Shown here: positions 15,664-23,813 of the stretch, piece after piece | Layout of the letters: each line of letters begins with the position of its first letter | How positions within the stretch are numbered: the stretch's first letter is position 1 | Origin: an uncultured Actinomycetes bacterium | GTDB taxonomy: Bacteria; Actinomycetota; UBA4738; CALAEC01 | Assembly: GCA_937890785.1 (NCBI GenBank) | Contig: CALAEC010000138.1 | Location: forward strand, 1-37,849 | Direction: 5' to 3' | DNA length: 37,849 nucleotides | The notes under the pieces: model-generated | Databases searched by the model: none | The model's input: only the letters and a program-made list of their open reading frames with translations | What the model was told of the DNA's origin: nothing | Position numbers and translations under genes: made by a program

Positions 15664-16229
15664 TCGCGCTCATCGACGGCACCGTGGCCGAGCGCGGCCC
15701 CGGCCGCGTGGTCGTGGTCGCCAGTGGCGTGGGCTACGAGCTCCTGGTCTCCGCCACGACGCTGGGCGGCCTTCCACCGACCGGCCAACGGGTCCGGGTC
15801 CTGACCCACCTCCACGTGCGTGACGACGCCCTGTCGCTCTTCGGCTTCGCCACGCCCGCCGAGCGCGACCTGTTCACGCTCCTGATCGGGGTCAACGGAG
15901 TCGGCCCGAAGCTGGCCCTGGCGGTCCTGTCGGTCCTGTCGCCAGAGGCCCTCCGCCGGGCATTGCTCGAGGGGGACGCCGACGCGATCACCGTGGTGCC
16001 CGGCGTGGGCAAGAGGGTGGCGGCCCGGATCGTCCTCGACCTGAAGGAGCGGCTCGGCGGCGAGGTCGACCTGCCCGTGGAGAGCCCCCTGTCCGAGGTG
16101 CGCGAGGCGCTGATGGGCATGGGGTTGTCGGTCCAGGAGGTCCAGGAGGCGCTGGCCGGCCTCGACGGTGCCGAGGGCTCGGTGGAGGACCTCCTCCGGG
16201 GCGCGCTGCAGCGGGTGGGATCGCGGTGA
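15660..16229 (+). CDS. ruvA: Holliday junction branch migration complex subunit RuvA
   Basis: The GTG at 15660 overlaps the ruvC stop (GTGA). VIALIDGTV...VGYELLVS...FGF....[24 protein letters not shown]...[17 protein letters not shown] contains the HhH motifs. Confidence 0.9.
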   Translation: MIALIDGTVAERGPGRVVVVASGVGYELLVSATTLGGLPPTGQRVRVLTHLHVRDDALSLFGFATPAERDLFTLLIGVNGVGPKLALAVLSVLSPEALRRALLEGDADAITVVPGVGKRVAARIVLDLKERLGGEVDLPVESPLSEVREALMGMGLSVQEVQEALAGLDGAEGSVEDLLRGALQRVGSR

Positions 16230-17236
16230 GCGTGGAAGACGACCGCCTCCTCGCACCGGACGAGGCCGATCACGACTTCGACGCGGCCCTCCGCCCGAAG
16301 TGGCTGGGCGAGTTCGTCGGCCAGGACCGAGTCAAGGAGCAGCTGGCGCTGCTCATCCAGGGCGCCCGCGAGCGCGAGGAGCCCCTCGACCACCTCCTGT
16401 TCTCGGGGCCGCCGGGTCTGGGGAAGACCACGCTGGCCGGGATCGTGGCCAACGAGATGGGCGTCGGCATGCGGCAGACCAGCGGCCCTGCCCTGGAGCG
16501 CACCGCGGACCTGGCCGCGATCCTGACGAACCTCGAGGATGGCAACGTCCTCTTCATCGACGAGATCCACCGGATGCCCCGGGCCGTGGAGGAGGTTCTG
16601 TACCCGGCGCTGGAGGACTACAAGCTCGACGTCGTCATCGGCAAGGGGCCCTCGGCCAGGACGATCCGGCTGGACCTTCCCCGCTACACGCTGGTCGGGG
16701 CGACCACTCGGCTCGGGCTGATCACGTTGCCGCTCCGAGAGCGGTTCGGGTTCACCCCCCGGCTCGACTACTACGACGAGGGCGAGCTGGCCATGGTGGT
16801 GCGGCGCTCGGCCGGCATCCTCGAGGTCGAGGTGGACGGCGAGGGCGCCGAGGAGATCGCCCGCCGTTCCCGAGGGACCCCGCGGATCGCCAACCGCCTG
16901 CTCCGCCGGGTCCGGGACTATGCCCAGGTCCGGAGCGACGGCCGGGTGACGCTTGAGGCAGCCGCCGACGCCCTGGCGCTGTTCGAGGTCGACGAGCGGG
17001 GCCTGGACCGCCTGGACCTGGCGATCCTGTCGGCGCTGGTGGAGCGGTTCGACGGAGGCCCGGTGGGCCTGTCAACGCTGTCGGCCGCGGTGGGAGAGGA
17101 GACCGGGACGATCGAGGAGGTCTACGAGCCGTACCTCCTCCAGATCGGGTTCCTCCAGCGCACCCCTCGGGGGCGGGTGGCCACCGAGGCCGCGTACCGT
17201 CACCTGGGCACAGCGCCCGACGGCCGCCTGGTCTAG
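16226..17236 (+). CDS. ruvB: Holliday junction branch migration DNA helicase RuvB
   Basis: [19 protein letters not shown], Walker [19 protein letters not shown] and [16 protein letters not shown] are present. The start is in a GTGA overlap with ruvA. Confidence 0.95.
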   Translation: MSVEDDRLLAPDEADHDFDAALRPKWLGEFVGQDRVKEQLALLIQGAREREEPLDHLLFSGPPGLGKTTLAGIVANEMGVGMRQTSGPALERTADLAAILTNLEDGNVLFIDEIHRMPRAVEEVLYPALEDYKLDVVIGKGPSARTIRLDLPRYTLVGATTRLGLITLPLRERFGFTPRLDYYDEGELAMVVRRSAGILEVEVDGEGAEEIARRSRGTPRIANRLLRRVRDYAQVRSDGRVTLEAAADALALFEVDERGLDRLDLAILSALVERFDGGPVGLSTLSAAVGEETGTIEEVYEPYLLQIGFLQRTPRGRVATEAAYRHLGTAPDGRLV

Positions 17237-17239
17237 GCG

Positions 17240-17887
17240 TCAGACCCGGAGGACCAGGTACAGGATCAGGCCGTAGTGGCACAGGCTGCCCGCCACCACC
17301 AGGACGTGCCACATCTCGTGGTAGCCAAAGACCTCGGGACGAAGCGCTGGGCGCCGCAGCCAGAACAGGACGGCGCCCACCGTGTAGGAGAGTCCACCGG
17401 CGAACATGAGGGAGGTGCCAACCACGCCGAGGTTCCCGATCGCCCACGGAAGGACGATGGCCCCGATCCAGCCGAGCACGATGTACAGCGTGCCCTGCAG
17501 GAACCCGAAGCGCGCCGATGCGATGCGGACGACCACGCCGAGCGCGGCGCCGCCCCACACCGCCGCCAGGACGACGGTCGACCAGGGTGGTGATAGGGCC
17601 AGCAGCGCGAACGGGGTGTACGTCCCGGCGATCATCACGAAGATCATCGAGTGATCCAGGTGCCGCATCCGGCGGAGCGCCCGGGGGCTCCAATGGATCC
17701 TGTGAAGCGCCGCGCTCGCCGCATACATCGCGGTCAGGCTGGCGGCATACACGGCCGCCCCGATCCGGGCGGCGGCCGTGGACCCCACCGCGATCAGGGA
17801 GAGCCCGGCCGGGACCGACACGAAGAAGGCGGCCTGGTGGAGCCGGCCCCGCCACCGGGGCCGCGAAAGGGTTGCGGCGGTCTCCAT
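17240..17887 (-). CDS. Hemolysin III / PAQR family membrane protein
   Basis: There are 7 TM helices. The motifs are LDHSMIFVMIAGTYTPF and a C-terminal GYHEMWHVLVVAGSLCH. Confidence 0.85.
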   Translation of the reverse strand: METAATLSRPRWRGRLHQAAFFVSVPAGLSLIAVGSTAAARIGAAVYAASLTAMYAASAALHRIHWSPRALRRMRHLDHSMIFVMIAGTYTPFALLALSPPWSTVVLAAVWGGAALGVVVRIASARFGFLQGTLYIVLGWIGAIVLPWAIGNLGVVGTSLMFAGGLSYTVGAVLFWLRRPALRPEVFGYHEMWHVLVVAGSLCHYGLILYLVLRV

Positions 17888-18021
17888 ACGATCAGGGTAT
17901 CGGCTCCGATCAGGGAGGCCCGTAGCCCCGACGAGGCACCTCGTTGTCGGCCCGAGGGAGGCGCCATACTATGGGGAGCCGACCGGCGGCCGAGCCGCCG
18001 TTTCTCATGGAGGGGACACAC

Positions 18022-18345
18022 ATGACCGCATCCGTGCTGGCCCAGCAGTCCGGGAACGTGACATTCCTGATCTCCCTGGCGCTGATGGTGGCCATCTTCT
18101 ACTTCCTGCTGATCAGACCACAGCAGAAGCGAGCCCGGCAGCAGCGCCAGCTGGTGGGCAGCCTGGCCGTGGGCGACGAGGTGGTCACGATCGGCGGGAT
18201 GTTCGGAACGATCCAGGCCATGGACGACGAGAGCGTGACGCTCGACGTGGGCTCGGGGACCAGGGTCCGGTTCCTGAAGCAGGCCATCGCCCGCAAGTTC
18301 GTCCAGGAGGACCTGGAGGAGCAGGAGGCGAGCGAGGAGTCGTGA
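18022..18345 (+). CDS. yajC: Preprotein translocase subunit YajC
   Basis: FLISLALMVAIFYFLLIRPQQKRARQQRQLVGSLAVGDEVVTIGGMFGTI is the canonical YajC pattern. A GGAGGGGA SD lies upstream of ATG 18022. Confidence 0.85.
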   Translation: MTASVLAQQSGNVTFLISLALMVAIFYFLLIRPQQKRARQQRQLVGSLAVGDEVVTIGGMFGTIQAMDDESVTLDVGSGTRVRFLKQAIARKFVQEDLEEQEASEES

Positions 18346-19034
18346 CGAAGGAGGCGCCGCAGCGGGACGACGCGGCCTCGCTCACCCTCGAAGACGTCCA
18401 GCAGGACCCCGTCCTTTCCGCGTACATCTCTGCTGCCGACCGGGTCATGGACGGTCTGGGATTCACCGAGCACGGGTTCCGCCACGCCAACCTGACCGCC
18501 CGGATCGCCTACAACGTGATGAGCCGGCTCGGTTTCGGCGAGCGTGACGCCCAGCTGGCGGCCGTCGGCGGCTATCTGCATGACATCGGGAACGCGATCT
18601 CCCGATGGGGCCACGGCCAGACCGGCGCGGTCCTGGTACACCATGTGCTGTCGGACCGGCTCCCGCCGGCCGACCTCGGGTATGTGCTCTCGGCGGTCGG
18701 GAACCACGAGGAAGACGACGGGATGGGCGCCGGCCCGATCGCGGCGGCGGTCATCCTCGCCGACAAGTCCGACGTGCATCGGTCCAGGGTTCGGAAGACG
18801 GCCCAGATCGACTTCGATATCCACGACCGGGTCAACTACGCCGCAGAGCAGTCGTTCCTCCGGGTCGATGCCGACGCCAAGACCATCACGCTCGAGCTGA
18901 AGATCGACACCTCGATCTCCCACGTGATGGAGTACTTCGAGATCTTCCTCGGCCGGATGATGATGTGCCGGCGGGCGGCCGAGCAGCTCGACTGCTCCTT
19001 CCACCTCGACATCAACGGGGCGTCCCTGCTGTGA
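18342..19034 (+). CDS. HD-domain metal-dependent phosphohydrolase (stand-alone, about 230 aa)
   Basis: The GTG at 18342 overlaps the yajC stop (GTGA). H...HD signature: GFRHANLTARIA...GGYLHDIGNAI...VGNHEEDD...ADKSDV. Confidence 0.75.
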   Translation: MTKEAPQRDDAASLTLEDVQQDPVLSAYISAADRVMDGLGFTEHGFRHANLTARIAYNVMSRLGFGERDAQLAAVGGYLHDIGNAISRWGHGQTGAVLVHHVLSDRLPPADLGYVLSAVGNHEEDDGMGAGPIAAAVILADKSDVHRSRVRKTAQIDFDIHDRVNYAAEQSFLRVDADAKTITLELKIDTSISHVMEYFEIFLGRMMMCRRAAEQLDCSFHLDINGASLL

Positions 19035-20476
19035 GGTCGGTCCGCAGCCTGGTGACCTCGATCGTCTTCGTGCTGATCCTGGTGGCGCTGTCTGCCACGG
19101 GCTTCCTGGCCTGGGGCCTGGCGCCGCAGCTGGGGCTGGACCTGGTCGGGGGCGTCTCGGTCGTGCTGACCGCACCGCCGGGGACCCCCTCGCCGGTGAT
19201 CGACCGGGCTCTGGAGACCATCCGCGAGCGCGTGGACCGCCTCGGGGTGGCGGAGCCTGACATCACCCGGCAGGGGGAGCTGAACATCCAGGTCCAGATC
19301 CCGCGGGCCAGCGGCAGGAGCCAGCAGCGGCTGCTCGAGCTGCTCGGGCGGACCGCACGGCTCGAGTTCCGTGAGGTCCTGGAGACGGTCCCGCCGGGGA
19401 GCGAGCAATACGAGGGAACCGAGATCACGCCGGGATCGCCGGAAAACGAAGAGGTGGTATTCGCCGACGCGAACCGTCCTGAGGGACAGGACCCCACCCT
19501 GTACCGGCTCAGCGAGGTGCTGCTGACCGGCGACGCGATCACCGAGGCCAGGGCGTCGTTCCAGGACCCCGTCAGCACCCAGCCGGGCGACACCCCGGGA
19601 TGGCGGGTCGACTTCGAGCTGAACAGCGAGGGGAGCGACCGGTTCGGGGAGATCACCACCGAGCTGGCCGGGGACCCGAACGACCCGGCCGACGACCGCC
19701 AGCTGGCCATCGTCCTGGACCGGCGAGTCGAATCGGCGCCGAGCGTCCAGTCGCCGATCACCGGGGGAACCGGGGTGATCACCGGCGACTTCACCGAGCC
19801 GGAGGCCCGCGACCTCGCGGTGGTCCTCCAGACCGGGGCCCTGCCGGTGGAGCTCGAGCAGTCCGAGGTCCAGACGGTCAGCGCCACCCTCGGGCGCGAG
19901 TCGCTGCGGCAGGGGATCCTGGCCGGGGTGGCCGGGCTGATCCTCCTGAGCCTCTACCTGGCCTTCTACTATCGGCTGCTCGGCGTGGTGACGTGGCTGG
20001 GGATGGCCATCTGGGGCCTGTTCGCGCTGACCCTGATCGCCATCCTGGGGAGGACCGCCGGATACAGCCTCACGCTGGCCGGCGTGGCCGGAGTCATCGT
20101 GTCGCTGGGCATCGCCGCGGACTCGTACATCGTGTTCTACGAGCGGCTCAAGGACGAGGTGCGGAAGGGGAAGACCCCGCGCTCCGCGGTGGCGCCCGCG
20201 TTCGCCAGCGCCTGGCGGACCATCCTCGCCGCCAACACCGTGACGATCGTGGCCGCGGTGATCCTTTATCTGCTGGCGATCGGCTCCGTCAGAGGCTTCG
20301 CGCTGACGCTGGGACTGTCGACGCTGCTCGACCTGTTCGTGGTGTGGTTCTTCAAGCGGCCCACCGTATTCCTCATCGCCCGGAGCCGACGGCTGTCGGA
20401 GCTCCGGGGGATGGGACTCCGGAGCGGCGTGGCCCAGGAGGCGGCCCCGGCGCCGGTGGCCGGGGGGAGCCGATGA
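19031..20476 (+). CDS. secD: Protein translocase subunit SecD
   Basis: The GTG at 19031 overlaps the upstream stop (GTGA). LGLDLVGGVSVVL, RVDRLGVAEPDITRQG, LEFREV and the C-terminal 6-TM block with ADSYIVFYERLKDE are present. Confidence 0.9.
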   Translation: MRSVRSLVTSIVFVLILVALSATGFLAWGLAPQLGLDLVGGVSVVLTAPPGTPSPVIDRALETIRERVDRLGVAEPDITRQGELNIQVQIPRASGRSQQRLLELLGRTARLEFREVLETVPPGSEQYEGTEITPGSPENEEVVFADANRPEGQDPTLYRLSEVLLTGDAITEARASFQDPVSTQPGDTPGWRVDFELNSEGSDRFGEITTELAGDPNDPADDRQLAIVLDRRVESAPSVQSPITGGTGVITGDFTEPEARDLAVVLQTGALPVELEQSEVQTVSATLGRESLRQGILAGVAGLILLSLYLAFYYRLLGVVTWLGMAIWGLFALTLIAILGRTAGYSLTLAGVAGVIVSLGIAADSYIVFYERLKDEVRKGKTPRSAVAPAFASAWRTILAANTVTIVAAVILYLLAIGSVRGFALTLGLSTLLDLFVVWFFKRPTVFLIARSRRLSELRGMGLRSGVAQEAAPAPVAGGSR

Positions 20477-21558
20477 GGGTCCGCGAGGCCATCGCCACGT
20501 TCCGGGGCCAGCGCGAGTTCCACTTGAACATCATCGGCCGGCGCCGGTGGTGGTTCGCCCTGTCCGGCGTCGTGCTGGCCCTGGCGCTGATCGGACTCAT
20601 CGTTGGGGGGCTGAACCTGAGCATCGCCTTCCGCGGCGGAGCGGTCCTCGAGTACCCGAACACCGCCGGCGTGGCCATCCAGGACGTCCAGGAGACCATG
20701 GCCTCGTTCGGGCGTGACGACGCCGTGGTCCAGCTGATCGACGGCCGGGAAGTCAACGTCCGCACCGGCACGCTGGGCGGGCAGCGGACCGCCATCCTCC
20801 GGGCCCTGGCCGACCAGGCCGGGATCCGCCCCGACGAGATCAACATCGAGGAGATCGGGCCGCAGTGGGGCGAGCAGATCTCCCAGAAGGCCCTCATCGC
20901 GTTCCTGATCTCGATCGCCCTCGTGGTGCTGTACATCTCGTTCCGGTTCGAGTGGAAGATGGCCGTGGCCGGGCTCGCGGCGCTGTTCCACGACCTGGTG
21001 ATCACCGCGGGTATCTACGCGCTGTCGGGCCGGGAGGTCACCCCGGAGACGGTGATCGCGGTCCTGACGATCCTGGGGTACTCGCTGTACGACACCGTGG
21101 TCATCTTCGACAAGATCCGGGAGAACACCGAGTCCCCGGCCCTGGTGGCCCGGGAGACCTACGCCGGCGCGGTGAACATCACGATGAACCAGGTGGTCAT
21201 GAGATCGGTGAACACCAGCCTGACCACGCTGGTCCCGATCGCGGCGCTCCTGTTCTTCGGCGGCGACACCCTGAAGGACTTCGCGTTCGCCTTGTTGGTG
21301 GGGGTGGCCGCCAGCTCGTACTCCTCGATCTTCACCGCCGCGCCCCTCCTGGTCGTGCTGAAGGAGCGGGAGCCGAAGATGACCGAGATCCGCCAGCGGG
21401 CCCTCCGCCGAGAGACCGCACGGCCGGCCCTGGCGGCCGAGCCCGACGAGACCGAGCAGCGAGAGCTCGCCCCGGTGGCGACCAGGCCCGCGCCGCGGCC
21501 CCAGCAGGTCCGGCGGAAGCCCAAGAAGAAGCCGCGGTCGAAGCGGAAGCGGCGGTAG
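20473..21558 (+). CDS. secF: Protein translocase subunit SecF (with a polybasic C-terminal tail)
   Basis: ATGA overlap with secD. The NLSIAFRGG, GPQWGEQISQKA, HDLVITAGIYAL and GYSLYDTVVIFDKIREN motifs are present. Confidence 0.9.
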   Translation: MRVREAIATFRGQREFHLNIIGRRRWWFALSGVVLALALIGLIVGGLNLSIAFRGGAVLEYPNTAGVAIQDVQETMASFGRDDAVVQLIDGREVNVRTGTLGGQRTAILRALADQAGIRPDEINIEEIGPQWGEQISQKALIAFLISIALVVLYISFRFEWKMAVAGLAALFHDLVITAGIYALSGREVTPETVIAVLTILGYSLYDTVVIFDKIRENTESPALVARETYAGAVNITMNQVVMRSVNTSLTTLVPIAALLFFGGDTLKDFAFALLVGVAASSYSSIFTAAPLLVVLKEREPKMTEIRQRALRRETARPALAAEPDETEQRELAPVATRPAPRPQQVRRKPKKKPRSKRKRR

Positions 21559-22041
21559 ATGGGGGAGGTCGAGGAGACTCGGCTCCCCGGCCTGGGGTTG
21601 CGGTACGAGTTCCGGACGTCACGGGGTTCCCGTTTGGTGGTCGTGCACCATCGGACGGGCCGGCGGGAGCTGCTCGTGTACGACCGGGACGACCCCGACA
21701 CGTGTCGGGAGATCATCGCTCTGGATCCCGACGACAGCCGGACACTGGCTGAGCTCCTGGGGGGATCCAGGGTGGCCGAGCAGCTGGAACATCTCCAGAA
21801 CGTCGAGGGGCTGGCGATCGACTGGCTCCCCCTGCCCTCGAACAGTCCGTTCGCCGAGGGGACCATCGGCGATACCGAGGCTCGGACCCGAACAGGCGTC
21901 TCCATCGTTGCGGTGATCCGCGGAGACGAGGCGTTCCCCGCGCCGGGGCCCGACTTCTCATTCCGAGCGGGTGACACCCTGCTGGTGGTCGGGACCCCCA
22001 GGGGGATCGAGGCTCTCTCCGTGCGGCTGCGCGCGGCGTAG
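21559..22041 (+). CDS. Cation:proton antiporter regulatory subunit (TrkA-C/RCK_C domain, KhtT-like)
   Basis: ETRLPGLGLRYEFRTSRGSRLVVVHHRTGRRELLVYDRDDPD aligns with the B. subtilis KhtT N-domain. The C-terminal RCK_C segment is GTIGDTEARTRTGVSIVAVIRGDEAFPAPGPDFSFRAGDTLLVVG. The ATG abuts the secF stop. Confidence 0.8.
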   Translation: MGEVEETRLPGLGLRYEFRTSRGSRLVVVHHRTGRRELLVYDRDDPDTCREIIALDPDDSRTLAELLGGSRVAEQLEHLQNVEGLAIDWLPLPSNSPFAEGTIGDTEARTRTGVSIVAVIRGDEAFPAPGPDFSFRAGDTLLVVGTPRGIEALSVRLRAA

Positions 22042-22043
22042 CC

Positions 22044-23237
22044 GTGCCGGACCCGCTCTTCCTGCTCGAGCTGGGAGCGATCATCCTCGGGCTCGCGCTG
22101 CTGTCTCGCCTGGCCGGCCGGTTCGGGTTTTCGCCGATCCCGCTCTACCTGCTGGCAGGGCTGGCCTTCGGCGAGGGCGGCCTCGTCCCAGTGGTCACCG
22201 CGGAGGCGTTCGTGGAGATCGGTGCGGAGATCGGGGTGATCCTTCTCCTCCTGTTGCTCGGCCTTGAATACACGGGCCGGGAACTGATCAACGGGCTGCG
22301 GACAGGGACGGTTGCCGGTGTGGTGGACCTGGTGCTGAACGCGGCGCCTGGTCTGGCGGCCGGGTTCCTGTTGGGGTGGGACCCGGTCTCGGGGATCCTG
22401 CTCGCCGGCGTGACGTACATCTCGTCCTCGGGGATCGTGGCCAAGCTCCTCGCGGATATGGGATGGGTGGGGAACCGGGAGACCCCTGCGGTGCTGTCGA
22501 TCCTCGTCATGGAGGACCTCGTCATGGCCGTGTACCTGCCCGTGGTCGCTGTGCTCCTCCTGGGCGTCGGTTTCGCGTCGGCGATCGTGACCGTGGCCGC
22601 TGCTGTTGCGGTCGCTGCGGCCTTCCTGGGCTTCTCGGTGCGGTTCGGCCCGGCGCTGAGCCGGGTGATCTTCAGCCGTTCCGACGAGACCCTGCTCCTC
22701 TCGATCCTGGGGATCGCGCTGCTGGCCGCCGGGGTCGCCGAACAGCTCCAGATCTCGGCTGCCGTGGGAGCGTTCCTGGTGGGACTGGCGATCTCCGGCC
22801 CCGCGGCGGACCGGGCCAGGACGCTTCTCACCCCGCTTCGAGACCTGTTCGGCGGCGTGTTCTTCGCCTTCTTCGGCCTGTCCCTCGACCCCGCGGGCAT
22901 CCCGCCGGTTCTCGGGCCGGCGCTGGGCCTGGCGGCGGTCGGGATCGCCACGAAGGCGGGCACCGGCTGGTTCGCGGGGACCCGTGCGGGGGTCGGCGTC
23001 CGCGGCCGTCTCCGGGCGGGAGCGCTGCTGACCGCCCGGGGGGAGTTCTCCATCGTCATCGCGGTGCTGGGCGCCACCAGCGGCGCGCACCCCAAGCTGG
23101 CGCCCGTCACGGCCGCGTACGTGCTGACCCTGGCCGTCCTTGGACCGATCGTTGCTCGGGCCGCCGACCACCTGGGCGCCAGCCTCACCGCCCGCGAGCG
23201 CTCCCCGGATGCCACAATGGTTCGGGAGGAGGCATGA
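22044..23237 (+). CDS. Cation:proton antiporter (CPA2 family, KhtU/Kef-like)
   Basis: About 12 TM helices. LELGAIILGLALLSRLAGRFGFSPIPLYLLAGLAFG and LLLLLGLEY are typical of the Na_H_Exchanger family. The start lies 2 nt after the regulatory subunit stop. Confidence 0.85.
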   Translation: MPDPLFLLELGAIILGLALLSRLAGRFGFSPIPLYLLAGLAFGEGGLVPVVTAEAFVEIGAEIGVILLLLLLGLEYTGRELINGLRTGTVAGVVDLVLNAAPGLAAGFLLGWDPVSGILLAGVTYISSSGIVAKLLADMGWVGNRETPAVLSILVMEDLVMAVYLPVVAVLLLGVGFASAIVTVAAAVAVAAAFLGFSVRFGPALSRVIFSRSDETLLLSILGIALLAAGVAEQLQISAAVGAFLVGLAISGPAADRARTLLTPLRDLFGGVFFAFFGLSLDPAGIPPVLGPALGLAAVGIATKAGTGWFAGTRAGVGVRGRLRAGALLTARGEFSIVIAVLGATSGAHPKLAPVTAAYVLTLAVLGPIVARAADHLGASLTARERSPDATMVREEA

Positions 23238-23761
23238 ACGACAACCTCGAACGGGTCAAGGCCCTGATCCGCGACGTCCCCGACTTCCCCCAGGAAGGGG
23301 TTACGTTCAAGGACATCACGCCCCTGCTGGCCGACGAGGTGGCGTTCTCCTCGGTGATCGACGTGATCGTGGTCCACTTCGGCCGGGGGACCGTCGACAA
23401 GGTCGTGGGGATCGAGGCCCGCGGCTTCATCCTGGCCTCGCCCGTGGCGTACCACTTCGGGGCCGGGTTCGTGCCGGTCCGGAAGGCCGGGAAGCTCCCG
23501 TGGGAGACCGAGGCCGAGTCCTACGAGCTCGAGTACGGCACCGAGACCCTCGAGATCCACCGCGACGCGTTCCGGCCCGGCGAGCGGGTCTTGATCGTTG
23601 ACGACGTCCTGGCCACCGGGGGCACGGCCCAGGCGACCGCGGAGCTGGTGGAGCGCCTCGGCGGCAAGGTCGTTGGCATCGCGTGCCTGGTGGAGCTGTC
23701 GTTCCTGAAGGGTCGGGAGAAGATCTCGGGGTTCGACTTCTTCGCCCTGATCACCTACTGA
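23234..23761 (+). CDS. apt: Adenine phosphoribosyltransferase
   Basis: The ATG at 23234 overlaps the upstream stop (ATGA). IRDVPDFPQEGVTFKDITPLL is present, and the PRPP motif is VLIVDDVLATGGTA. Confidence 0.9.
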   Translation: MNDNLERVKALIRDVPDFPQEGVTFKDITPLLADEVAFSSVIDVIVVHFGRGTVDKVVGIEARGFILASPVAYHFGAGFVPVRKAGKLPWETEAESYELEYGTETLEIHRDAFRPGERVLIVDDVLATGGTAQATAELVERLGGKVVGIACLVELSFLKGREKISGFDFFALITY

Positions 23762-23787
23762 GTCCCGGCGCCGCGCCACTCCGCCCG

Positions 23788-23793
23788 TACAAT
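23788..23793 (+). promoter_or_regulatory. Candidate -10 hexamer TACAAT upstream of relA
   Basis: TACAAT lies in the 52-nt apt-relA spacer. It is followed by an AGGAGG SD (23801-23806) and GTG 23814. Confidence 0.3.
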
Positions 23794-23813
23794 GGACCGA
23801 AGGAGGGACGCGC

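Noticed and set aside
15923-15940. A tandem 9-bp duplication GGTCCTGTC-GGTCCTGTC
   Set aside because: It lies inside ruvA and simply encodes the AVLSVLS helix repeat. It is in frame and not a regulatory or mobile repeat.
17888-18021. The 134-nt region between the hemolysin-III and yajC starts, considered as a possible sRNA or riboswitch
   Set aside because: It contains only a weak imperfect hairpin (CGACGAGG-CA-CCTCGTTG) and a TACTAT -10-like hexamer (17967-17972). This fits an ordinary divergent promoter region with a short yajC leader.
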